Below, one piece after another: positions 1 to 11,014 of a stretch of DNA of 64,000 nucleotides; positions within the stretch are counted from its first letter, which is position 1; each line of letters begins with the position of its first letter. The DNA lies in assembly GCF_009914755.1 (NCBI RefSeq), contig NC_060940.1; one strand, 5' to 3'. Below the pieces are notes generated by a model. The model had not been told where the DNA came from. It saw only the letters and a list, made by a program, of their open reading frames with translations, and did no database searches. Both the position numbers and the translations under genes were made by a program. The DNA is from the human T2T-CHM13v2.0 reference genome, Homo sapiens.

Positions 1-515
1 TTTCCTGAACCCTCCTGGGAGCTGGAGCAGGTCAGGGTCAGCAAGTGCTGCTTGCGTCCAGGGACGGGCAGCCCTGTCCTGCTCCGGCCCTCACCCCACC
101 CTCGCCCGAGGAGTGACTTCTCCTGGAAGCACCTCCCAACTCGGGGCAGGCAGCCAGGCAGGGCGGGCGCCATCACCTGAGCTCCCAGGGTTGCTGTCTG
201 GGGCATCAGAGGGGCCTTCCGGCCTTCAGTGCCAGGCTGTGCCTCAAGCTCCCCCAGACCCTGCAGCCACACCGGCCCTGCCCCATGTGTGGCCCGGCTG
301 CAGGGCTCGGGTTGGCTCAGGTGGGGGCTTGGCTGCGGCTCTTCTGGCTGGGGTTTTTCTGAGGAACGTTTATGTAACTGCAGCACTAGGAACTCCCGGC
401 AGGGCAGGAAGGAAGTGGGGAAGACCACAGGTTTCTGGAAAGCCGCAGGAGCTGCAGCTGTTCCCCCGCTGCCTCTTGTGTGACTACTTCTGCTGGGCCC
501 CCCTCTCCTTGACAG

Positions 516-612
516 GCCCGGGCAGAGCCACGCAGCGGTGCTATGGATGGAGTACCACCTGACCCCGGAGTGCACGCTCAGCACTGGCCTCCTGGAGCCT
601 GCAGACCCCGAG
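516..612 (+). CDS. PRMT7: PRMT7 penultimate coding exon
   Basis: Acceptor ctctccttgacAG (514-515) and donor GTagtg (613). Reads (R)[32 protein letters not shown] and joins the next exon in frame. Confidence 0.93.
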
Positions 613-616
613 GTAG

Positions 617-1039
<423 letters not shown>

Positions 1040-1051
1040 CCACTCTTGAGC

Positions 1052-1057
1052 AATAAA
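1052..1057 (+). terminator. PRMT7: Proximal poly(A) signal of PRMT7
   Basis: AATAAA 12 nt after the stop, followed by G/T-rich sequence. Confidence 0.8.
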
Positions 1058-2159
1058 GTGGCCTGAGGGCTGGGGTTCTGAGTGGCTCATGGCTTTCTAG
1101 GGGGGAAGGCTGAAGGCCCTCCTCTCCTCTCTGGGAGCTGCTCGGCCTCAGGGATGGGAAAGACTGCGCCGTGTTGCATCTTGTTGCATCTTTGCACTGC
1201 TGGCCTCTGGCTCCAGCTGTGGCAGGAAGCATGAGAGGGTGACTGAATTTGGAGCCCTGGAGGGGCTGGGAAGACCCCCCTGCTTGTGCTTCTGAGGTGC
1301 TGAGAATGCTCCAACACAGAGACATCTCTCCCCAGCTGGGAAGGGAGTGGAAGCACAGGGAGCTTGTGGGGCTGGCCGGTGGGGTTGTCCACGCCGCCCT
1401 TGGCGAGCAGTCCCCGTGGCGGGAGCCTGTCCTGTCTGTCTCACTCTCGAGGATCTCCGGGTCCCTGCTCTTCTGGCTTCTGCTAGGAGGGTGGAGATTT
1501 CTGGCCCTCTAGTGGGTGGAGATGCTGAGTTGTGGCTGGGTCTCTGGGGCTTGAAGACCCTGGCTGGGCCCGGGCTGAGAGGCCTGGGTTCTGGCCCTTT
1601 CACCTGACAGGTAACTTCAAGCCACATCCATAGGTGTCTGGCCTCAGTGCTGCACCAGCTGGTGGCCTGCCAGGACCTGAGACTGGACACAAGGCAGCTG
1701 TCCCAGAGCAGTTCCTGAGATGCAGGCCCAGGAAAGTGGCTGTCAGGGGAGCTGGGAGGCAGCCCTGTTCCCTGCACCTCCCTCAGATTGGAAAGCCCCT
1801 CCTGCAGGTGGGGTATGGCAGGGAGCAGCCCCTGCCCAGCGCCGCTTCACCAGGAAGGTCAGTAGGTGCCGTGGCCTTGCTTCTCTCACACACTAACCCC
1901 CCTTTGGTTATGTCCCAGCTCTCAGAGGTAACAGCAGACACCACGTGAGAGAACCCAGTGGCCTCTGGCTCGCAGCTTAGAAGGTGAGGCTTGTGCCAGG
2001 CCAGCCGAGCCGCCTGTATGAGCAGAGTTCCGGTGTCCTCGGATTCAGGGCAGACTTGGGCAGTGCCTGTCCTGCAGTTGGGGGCAGGAACTCCCTCCCC
2101 TGCCCCCAGGCGTGCCCCTGAGGCCTGGCCCCAGCTTGTCGCTGAAATAAGTGGAGAAC

Positions 2160-5041
2160 ACCAGCCTTGAGCCTCACAGTTTTATTTTCTCCTCGTTATC
2201 CATCCTTCCTTTCAGCACCAGTAAGGAAAAAGAACACCTCTCTTCGCAAAATATTTTATCAGGTGTAAAGACTTGTTTTTCTTCTAGGGAAGAACCGTCT
2301 GGATATATATTTGATAATGTTTTTACCAAAACCATAGGTGTGCTTACCATAGAAAACCCCTAATGTCCCATGAAGATACAATACAGAAAAAAATACAGAA
2401 ATTAAAAAAGTTTTTATAACAGTATTTCTAAATCTCAGCAAGTTAAAAAGCAATAGTTAAAAAGCATCAAGATTAATATACTTAAAACTTAAGGTGGTTT
2501 TGGACAAATGAAAATGAACATTTCCTTCCTCAGTGGCCCCCGCGCCTTGTGGCTTCCTTTGAGACTGGGCCTAGGGCAGGAACAGAGTCTTGGTATGGGC
2601 CTCGGGTGACCCGTGTGCCCACCCCTGCTAGGCCTTAGATGCCACAGAATCTGAGATCCAGCAATGGTTCACTTTAAAAAATCAGTGGAAGGGCCTGGCC
2701 TGCACACAAGGCCCGGGAGTCCATAGGCAGCCACAATGAGACACGTGGGTGGGGGGGTCCCGGTCTTGGTGCTGAGGGAGGTGTGCGGGGGCCTGGGGGC
2801 CGCACATCCTTACTCTGGACGCCAGGACCTGACTAGGCAGAGGCGACCTTGTGATGACAGAAAATGACTTGCCTAAGGCCGCCTGTGAGGTGGGAGGGGA
2901 GGAGCATGCAGCCCTGACTCCCACGCCTGCTGCCCCGGGAGGGGGTGCCTGGGTGGGGAAGCTATGTTGGGGTCTGGTGTGGGGGCCCTGCCCGGGCCTC
3001 AACTGCTCTCCCTGTGCAGGCAGTCGGCAGGCGGCTCGGGGTCTAGGGGTCCAGGGCCGGCCGGCCCAGTCGCTTGTGTGAGCAGAGTACCAGCTGCTTC
3101 TGGAAGTTGGGGGCCTCCACATCATGAATCCCAGTCAAGGCTCACAGGCCAGCCCCTTGGAGGGGTGGGCCGGGCAGAGAGCCCAGCAGGATGCTCGCCC
3201 TCAGCAGCCCCTTCCTGGCTCTGGACTCTGGAGGGGCAGGGCTTGGGCCCGGGCAGACGGTGCTTCCCAGGCCAGGTGAGTTCAGACAGGCCAGTGTCAC
3301 AAGGACGCACGTCCTAGCGCCAGGCTCCCTGGGCTCTGCAGCGTTGTCTGCCCCAGCACAGGGCCAGGCATCTGGCTGGCTGCGTGGCCCCCTCTTGGTC
3401 CCTCTTGCAGCTCAATGGGTGACAAGGCACAGCATCAGGGCACCAGCACCAGGAGGGGCTGACAGCAGACAGCAGGTCCTGGTGCTCCCTCCAGCCTCAC
3501 CAGGCAAAGCCGGCCCTGGGCCAGGCTGGGTGTAGGGCCAGGGCGCCACGAGGAGCGGAGGTCAGCGGGGATTGTCAAAAACAGTCCCTCAAGTTGAGTC
3601 TCGAACTTTGAAACAGACAAAACCTTCGCTGCATGACAGGAGCAGCCCTGGAGTCTCTTAAAGGCAGGTGGGCAGAGGCAGTGCTGCCGAAGGGGCCTGG
3701 GGGCTGTAGGCATCTTGGGGCTGGAGGCAGATCGGGGACAAGCTGTTGGCCAGCTCTGCCATGCTGAACTTGGGTGCCAGTACCACACCCTGCCCTGGGC
3801 ATGCAGCAACTGTCAGCCTTGCTGCCCCAGCTTGCGCACTGGTGAGGGCCAGGCTGCTCTCTGTACCTTGGCTTCCTGCCTCCTAGGCCGGGGTCCCCTT
3901 GTGGCCTTGGTGTTGGCTGGGGTAGCTGTTGAGGATGGGCCTGGGAGGCCAGAGCCGCAGCCCCACCCGGGGGGCAGGCAGGGGTTCCTGAGCTCAGCCG
4001 GCACGCAGGTGGGGCACGTCCCCAGGGAGGGATTGGTCCCGAACCAGAGAGGTGTCCCGTGGGGGAGAGGATTGGCAGAAAGAAGAGGATGTGTTGGTTT
4101 TGATAGAAGAGAAGCTACAAATAGATTATTTTCAAAATCAGGATCCCCCCCACCCCCGTTTATGCTGTGAGTCCCTTCTTCCTGTAAAAAAAAAGTGGAT
4201 ACTCTCTTCTCGGATCCCCGTTTATGGCTCCACTGCCCAAATGGGAGGCTCCCGGAGGAGGCCCAGGGTGCCAGAGCCTGCCAGACTCTGTTGTGCCTGA
4301 GCTGGGGAAGGGACCCTGTCTCGGGAAGAGCAAAGTTCTATGAGTGACTTACAGACCCTGTGAAGTGAGGGTTGGTTTTGTGATTAACCTTTTTCTGTTT
4401 TTCTTTTTAAAATGTAATTGCCCTTGAATGCGAGACCCTGGGAAGAGCCCTGGGCTGGCTGGTAGAGATGCAGCCCTCGGACCCTGCAGGAGCCGGCCCA
4501 CACTGGAGGCGGGAGAGCTGGTGGCCGTGCCCAGGAAGTGCTTCTTTGGCTGGTTCTGATTGTGTTTGGAGTTTGGCCTTGGGTGAGGCCCGAGCAAGGG
4601 GTCTGTGGCTACAGCGTGGCACGTGGCATGCGGGCAGCGTGCATGCGAGGGTGCAGGCATGCGAGACGACATTGGCAGCAGACAAAAATAAAGAACCCTG
4701 GACGAAGCTTAAGAGGAGATACAGAGAGTACACGAACCCGGTCCTCATACTAACCCACGGGTTACAAACTCGGTTGTGCTGTAGATTTGTAGAAAATCGT
4801 GTTGTGAAAGAATGGCACTGGTTAGGCAGCTGGAGGCTCCTGGGGCGGGCCTGACTCCTCTGTCCACAGTGAGGCCCAGAGGCGCAGAGCAGCGCAGCTT
4901 CCAGGTTCCCGGGCACTGACTGTGGCTCCCTCCCTGTCCCTGCCCTCCTCCCCCAAGCACCGGGCACTCGATGGAGGGGACATGGCCCAGGGATGGGCTG
5001 CAGCTGCAAGGGCTGGCAGAGGCCCCACTGCTCCGGACGGT
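2160..5041 (-). other. SMPD3: SMPD3 3' UTR (about 2.9 kb; distal end approximate)
   Basis: Lies between stop TAG (5042-5044) and the minus-strand AATAAA at 2181-2186; no Alu-type repeats; U-rich distal segment. Confidence 0.8.
2181..2186 (-). terminator. SMPD3: Poly(A) signal of SMPD3
   Basis: TTTATT on + (AATAAA on -) at the distal edge of an AT-rich block; the only canonical minus-strand hexamer I found downstream of the SMPD3 stop. Confidence 0.8.
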
Positions 5042-5143
5042 CTATGCCTCCTCCTCCCCCGAAGACACCATCAGTCGCATGGCTACTGGCAGGTGGTCCG
5101 TCAGGCCGGACAGCTGGGTGATAAAACTGAATTCTTCCACCTC
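5042..5143 (-). CDS. SMPD3: SMPD3 exon 9, coding part (aa 623-655)
   Basis: Acceptor at 5144-5145. EVEEFSFITQLSGLTDHLPVAMRLMVSSGEEEA*, with the catalytic TDH (D638/H639) motif of the DNase I-like fold. Confidence 0.97.
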   Translation of the reverse strand, partial: EVEEFSFITQLSGLTDHLPVAMRLMVSSGEEEA

Positions 5144-5438
5144 CTGGGGTGAGTGGGAGAGGGGAGAAACAGCCTGGTCAGATTCCAAGGGCATCTTGCA
5201 GGGAGCGGCCTGGGGATCCCCAAAGTGAGGCCCCGGGGCTGGGGTGGGCTGGGACCTTCCTGCAGTCAGAGGGATGGGGCCTGGAGGACCTGGGGCCCTA
5301 AGGGTCTGAGGGAGTGATGGGTATCATTGTAAGAGTGGCCTGGGGCGTGGGGTTTCAGGGAGCGGCTGTCGAGAGCTGCAGGGCCCGGGCCCTGCTCTCT
5401 CTTTGCATGGCCCTGGCTGCTGGGCCCTCCTGACTCAC

Positions 5439-5595
5439 GGCCTTCCAGTCTGGGCACAGCCCCTCCTCTGCATGCAGCATGTAGTCGATGCGCCGGCCGT
5501 TGCCCTTCAGCAGCTCCTTCCGCCCCTTCTGGCCCGAGCTCTTGCTGGTGGGAAACGCCAGGTACTCCCTGCGGCCCTCCTCACTCTCCAGGACC
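5439..5595 (-). CDS. SMPD3: SMPD3 exon 8 (157 nt)
   Basis: AG at 5596-5597, GTGAGT donor at 5438. VLESEEGRREYLAFPTSKSSGQKGRKELLKGNGRRIDYMLHAEEGLCPDWKA, with the RIDY motif. Confidence 0.97.
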
Positions 5596-7330
5596 CTGTC
5601 CACACATGCAGGAGGCAGGTGGGCCCCCATGCCCGCCCCTGTGGGCCTGGCAGGGGCTGTGTGTGGAGCCATGGTCTCCTCCCAGTGTGGGAGCGGGTGG
5701 GTGGGACCAAAGCGCTGGGTTTAAGATCTCTCCCCTGCGGGTCCAAAAAGGGCCTCAGCTGGGGGTAGGCCGAGTTGCCTGTGGGTTCCTGGCTGAATCT
5801 GGGCTCCGGAGCCCGTCGAAGTGTTCTGTCCGCCCCAGCCTGGCCAGCACTCACTTTCCCTTTCTGAACTCGGACAGAACTGATCCCACCCGTTCCCCAG
5901 AATGGGCTTCTGCCCTGAGCCAACAGGGGCCTGTTTTGAGGAGCTTGGTCTTTGCCATGAGTCTCGAGGACCCTTGTGACTGTTCCCAGGTTGACAGGAG
6001 CTGAGGGAGCCAGGAGAGCACCTCCGAGGAGTCTCAAATGGGGCTGTCCCTACGTGGCTGTGTGACTCTGCTTATGTTACCAAGCCTCCAAGCCTCTGTT
6101 TCCTCCTCTGAAACAAGAATGGTTGCTGTGGGCCCCAAGACGCTTCAGGGAACAGGCTGTCATCCCGCTTCTGAGTGAGGAAACCCATGATGGTGCTAGG
6201 GGATCCACAGGGAGGGCAGGGCGCTGGAGCAGGGGGATGTGACATCTGGAATCCCTTTCTGGCACTGTTGCCCTGAGACAAGCAGTATGCCCGTCTGCTT
6301 CCTGCCAGCTTGTCCCCTGGGGCCTCAGCACCACTGGGCCAGAGGCTTAGGACCCCCTCCTGGGAGCCCCCATTGCAGAGGGCAGGCTGGGGCCAGGGCC
6401 TGGGATGGCAAGTGCAGTGGTGAGAGACCCTGCAAAGGCCGCCAGGTCAGTGAGTGCCTGGACGGATGCAAAAGGGGCACCCGGCGAGGCAGGGCCTGCA
6501 AACATGGGCTTCCACAAGGTTTTCATCAGCCTTAAGATAAATACACTAATGACATTCAGGACATTGTTACAGCTCAGAAATGGAATCCATCACTGTCCTT
6601 TGCCCTTGATAATTAATTCCAGCATCAATGATCTGAGAGCTACTGGTAGTCATTTTTAAATCATCATCTCATAAAAAGAATTTTCTCAGCATAGGATGAT
6701 GTTTCAAATTTAGTCTATAATCTAATTAATTGGCTCAAATTAGCTGCAAGGAACCATCGCTGTGACTGCAGTCTCGGGCTGTGAATTATAAATTGGTTCT
6801 GCTGTTGGCCTCTCAGATGTGTTCTTTATGGACATCTTACTGGGCTCAAGAATGAATTTTGGCTGGGATGGAACTGTCTCTACTTTGAAAATGGTCGGCT
6901 GTGTTATTGCAGCTGGTGTCTGTATTTGCCTGATTGGTGCTGCAAGCTGCCAGGCTGCCTTCAGCAGGCGCCGTACCCAGCAGCTCTTTCATGGGGGTCG
7001 ACCTGTGGCCTGGCCCGGGGAAATTCCAGGCCCTTTCCTGTACCCAGCAGGCAGGGGCTCGGGGCAGGGCTAGCTCCTGAAAACAGGTTTGGGAAATACC
7101 CCTAGAGATTTAGCAAGGCCAGTACCCCTGGGCGTGAGGGCGTGAGGTCTACCTGCCTGGCCCAGCTCCCAGCTCTCAAAAGCTCTCAAAGGTGAGATGA
7201 GGGACAGGTTTCTGCCAAATAAAAGCCCTCATGAGCCCGAGCTGAGCTCTCCCATGTGGGTCCTGCCCAGTCCCTGTCTCCACCTTAGTCAGGGTGTGCC
7301 TCGTCCCTGGCCTGGGAGCGCAGTGCTTAC

Positions 7331-7394
7331 TTCTGCAGGTTGTCGGGGGTGCACACATCCTCATCGTACAGGCCGTTCGTGTCCAGCAGAGTAC
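7331..7394 (-). CDS. SMPD3: SMPD3 exon 7 (64 nt)
   Basis: AG at 7395-7396, GTAAGC donor at 7330. (G)TLLDTNGLYDEDVCTPDNLQ(K); phases match both neighbours. Confidence 0.95.
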
Positions 7395-7611
7395 CTGGGG
7401 GGGACGAGGGGGTGACAGTGGTCGCTGCAGGCAGGGCCCAGGCAGCCTCTAGGGGGTGGCCGCTGTGGGTGGACACGGGCTTCTGCTAGCCAGGGGCAGC
7501 TGAATGGGGCCCTTCCCCAGCAGTGGGGTCTTGTGGGGTAGGTCCTGGTGATCTTTGAGGGAAGTCTGTGGGGAGCCCAGCTCCCATCCTCCTCCCCCAG
7601 CCCCAGCTCAC

Positions 7612-7701
7612 CGATGGCCCACGGCTTCTCCTCACCAGGCCCCAGGCGGCAGGGGTCCCTGTAGTGGGTGAACAGGGAGTGTTGCTGCTCCAGCTTGTCG
7701 T
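7612..7701 (-). CDS. SMPD3: SMPD3 exon 6 (90 nt)
   Basis: AG at 7702-7703, GTGAG donor at 7611. (D)DKLEQQHSLFTHYRDPCRLGPGEEKPWAI(G). Confidence 0.96.
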
Positions 7702-8084
7702 CTGTGCGGGGAGGGAGGAAACGCTGAGGCACCAGGGGGCTTTGCTGTCCCACACGGCCTGTGCCCCTGCTTCCCATCAGTTACTCCCCATGTGCTGCCA
7801 GGCCCCCATCCCTTAGGCCACTGCCCCTGGGTGGGATCTCGGTCCCAGTCAGGTGCCCCGTGCTTCATTTGTCGCTGCTTTTCTGTGTCCTTGAGAACAC
7901 CTCCCCCAGCACACGCCCTGATCTTCAGCATTCCCTCTGAGGACAGTGACAGTGACCACGGTCCTCGGACAGAGGAAGGAAGGTCCCCACAAGGTCCATG
8001 TGGTCATCGGATCCACAGATCAGTTATTTACAGCAAGTGTTTGCTGTTTCACTGATGACGAGCTTGTAGTCTTTCACCCTAATG

Positions 8085-8260
8085 GTTTAAGGTGCAATTC
8101 CCAGGGTTCAGATCCCAGTGCAATCACTGCCTGGCTATGTGACCTTGGGCTGGTTCTCCAGCCTCTCTGAGTCTCAGCTTCCTCCACCACACCACGTGGA
8201 GACATGCAATGCTTCCCTCTCGGGGTTGTTAAGACACTTAAGTGAAACAGCGATAGAATG
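8085..8260 (+). mobile_element. MIR SINE
   Basis: Core ggctatgtgaccttgggc...ctctctgagtctcagcttcctc. Confidence 0.7.
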
Positions 8261-8585
8261 GCAGCTGGCTCGAAGCAAGAGCGCGGCGCCCCGTTGATGG
8301 GTGTTACTAGTGGACTCGTCCTTTGTCTGCTTCAGAGGCCCCCAGCCTTCCTTGTCAGAGGTTTGTTTTTAGGGCATCTCTGTCTCCAGCTTTCTAGGCA
8401 GAGCGTGGGCTCTTCCTGTTCTAGGATTTCTAGGGGGCAGAGAAATCAGTCTTGCTAAATACCCCGCCCACATGCTCTCGAGGAGCAGGAATTCTTTGAG
8501 CTGCCTAACGAAGTCTGTCTAGCTGTGACTGAGCCCACAGCCTCCCCAGAGCTGGAGACCTGAGTGGGGAGGAGCCCGGCCTCAC

Positions 8586-8741
8586 CAGAGGAGCAGTTAT
8601 CAAAGTTGAAATCTCCACAGACGACGTCAAATGCCACCAGCTCCTCGGGGTTGGCTGCGCTGGACGAGGAGGTAGATTTTCGGAAATCAGCCAGCCAGTC
8701 CTGAAGCAGGTCCAGCTGCCCACACCGGATGGCGCTGTCCT
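8586..8741 (-). CDS. SMPD3: SMPD3 exon 5 (156 nt)
   Basis: AG at 8742-8743, GTGAG donor at 8585. DSAIRCGQLDLLQDWLADF...VVCGDFNFDNCSS, with the GDFN motif (D510/N512). Confidence 0.97.
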
Positions 8742-8851
8742 CTGCAGGGCAGAAGTACAGAGACTGGATGATGAAGTTCGCCCCAGACCCCAGCTAGGCC
8801 CCAGGCACTGATCCCATGCCTAGAAAAAACACAGGTGGGCGGCAACCCTAC

Positions 8852-8927
8852 CTTGTGGGGCATGCAGGTGTGTGCAGGCGATGTACCCGACGATTCTTTG
8901 GTCCTGAGGTGTGCTTCCCACCTGCAC
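8852..8927 (-). CDS. SMPD3: SMPD3 exon 4 (76 nt)
   Basis: AG at 8928-8929, GTAGG donor at 8851. VQVGSTPQDQRIVGYIACTHLHAPQ(E), with THL (H461). Confidence 0.97.
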
Positions 8928-10418
8928 CTGGGGGAGGAGGGGGTCAGTGCTGCCACCTGCCAGTCACTGTGGCCCTGAGAGCACAGGACACTGGCAGTGC
9001 CCACCCACCCATGAGGTCAGACCCTCACAAGCCTGGCTCCTGGCTGGATTCTGGGGTCCGAGTAGGGACAGGATGTGTCCTGCTTCTAGGGACTTACGGA
9101 TCTGGGCCAGAGGCGGGTGCTGAAAGAAACTATTGGCCTGTGGCGTGGGGAGTGCTGGCGGCCATCTGTGCAAAGCATGGGGGAAGTGCCGAACCGCAGC
9201 AAGGCTCCCCGGAGGCCCAGGCCCTGCCATCTCCCAGTGACCAGCGTGGCCACGGCTCTCAGTTCCTTGTCCAGTCCTGTCTGTGGCTCTTTCCTCCCTC
9301 CCTCAGTTACACCCTAGACCTGGTCACACCCTGGTGCTTTCTCCCCCTGAAATCTCAGGGGGTTGCCCCTGTGCCATGGCGTGGCCTCAGAGCCCACCCC
9401 ACACAGCAAGAGGCCCAGACCCTGCCCCTCCTGGCCTCGTCGCCTTCTGGCTGCATGGTGAGTCATCTGCTTTATAGGCCGTGGTCCCGTTGTCACCCGT
9501 CTTGGATGAGAGCTCCCTGACCTGTGTCCTAGGCTGGCCCCTGCACACCCCTGGCTCCATCCTGAGCCCACTGTGGCAGCATCCTCTTCAGGTCTCCCCT
9601 CTGCCCCGACCTCCTGCTTACCTCCTTTACCCAAGACGGAGCAGGTGACCCTGGCAGGATCCCAAAGGCTGGCTTAATACAAATTAGCATCTCCACTGTA
9701 CCCTGCAGGCAATTCATAACTGCCCTACCCCAGGTGGGGGCAAGATGGAGCCCTTGTCAGTGCTCAGCCCAGGAGAGGTGAGGGATGGCCACAGAGATGC
9801 CCTGCACAGAGAGGCCGCTTACCAGCTCCTCATCCCCTGCCCCTGGGATTCCTTCCCTCCTGTGCCTCTGTACCCTCCCCAAGCCATGCAAATCCATTCC
9901 AGACTGAGTTTCCCAAGATGAGGAGACCCCAGACCCAAAAAGCACTCCAGGGAGGTGGCTGGGCAGGACACACTGCCTCTCCCAGTTGTTGGCTGAGGGC
10001 AGAGGGCCGCAGGGTGGGTGCCCCACATCTGTGGAGCTCACAGCAGCCCAAACGTCACAGCCCATCTGCTCCAACAGCCTCGGCAGGCTCCGTCCTTCCT
10101 TCACTGCTGCAGTCGGTCAGGCTGGTATTATCTCCTCCATCTGGACGTCCTCAGCAGCAGGTGCCCCTGGCTTTCTACAGCTCTTCATCCCCTTCCCAGC
10201 CCTAATGCACAGCCTTCCTTCCCCAGCACCTGGGGGTACGAACGTCTGGCTGTTCAGCCCCACAGGTTCACCATTCACTTCTTGCCCACAGACAGACCCA
10301 AACCTTAGCCTAACAGCATCCCCGCCCCCCGAATGGCTCTGTGAGATCACGCAGCATTGATGGTTCTGCTGCAAAAACAAAACACTGATGAAGCCGCCAT
10401 GCTCAAAAGGCCACATGA

Positions 10419-11014
10419 GGCTGAGCACGGTGGCTCACGCCTGTAATCCCAGTACTTTGGGAGGCCGAGGCAAGTGGATCACCTGAGTTCAGGAGTTCGA
10501 GACCAGCCTGGCCAACATGATGAAACCCCATCTCGACTAAGAATACAAAAATTAGCCGGGTGTGCTGGGCACAGTGGCTCACACCTGTAATCCCAGCATT
10601 TTGGGAGGTTGAGGCAGGCAGATCACAAGGTCAGGAGTTTGAGACCAGCCTGACCAACATGGTGAAACGCTGTCTCTACTAAAAATACAAAAATTAGCCG
10701 GGCGTGGTGGTATGTGCCTGTAATCCCAGCTATTCAGGAGGGTGAGGCAGGAGAATCGCTTGAACCTTGGAGGCGGAGGTCACAGTGAGCCAAGATCATG
10801 CCACTGCACTCCAGCCTAGGCAACAGAGTGAGACTCTGTCTCAAAAAAAAAAAAAAATTAGCTGGGTGTGCATGCCTGTAATCCCAGCTATTCAGGAGGC
10901 TGAGGCAGGAGAATCCCTTGGACCTGGGGGGCGGAGGTTGCAGTGAGCCAAGATCGCCCCATTGCACCACTCTGGCCTGGGCGACAGAATGAGACTGTCT
11001 CAAAATAAATAAAA
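10419..11014 (+). mobile_element. Nested Alus: an AluS split in its linker by a second full-length AluS (10564-10857)
   Basis: Order is left arm, complete inner Alu with poly(A), then right arm. Inner TSD aaaaattagc(c/t)gggtgtg; outer degenerate TSD aaaag(g/a)ccaca(t/c)g. Confidence 0.92.

Noticed and set aside
8816-9520. 234-aa plus-strand ORF and other ORFs over 150 aa (1148-1777, 4407-5009, 18773-19423, 20763-21335, 31654-32214)
   Set aside because: Pro/Gly/Ser/Ala-rich, no recognisable domain, typical of GC-rich non-coding DNA.
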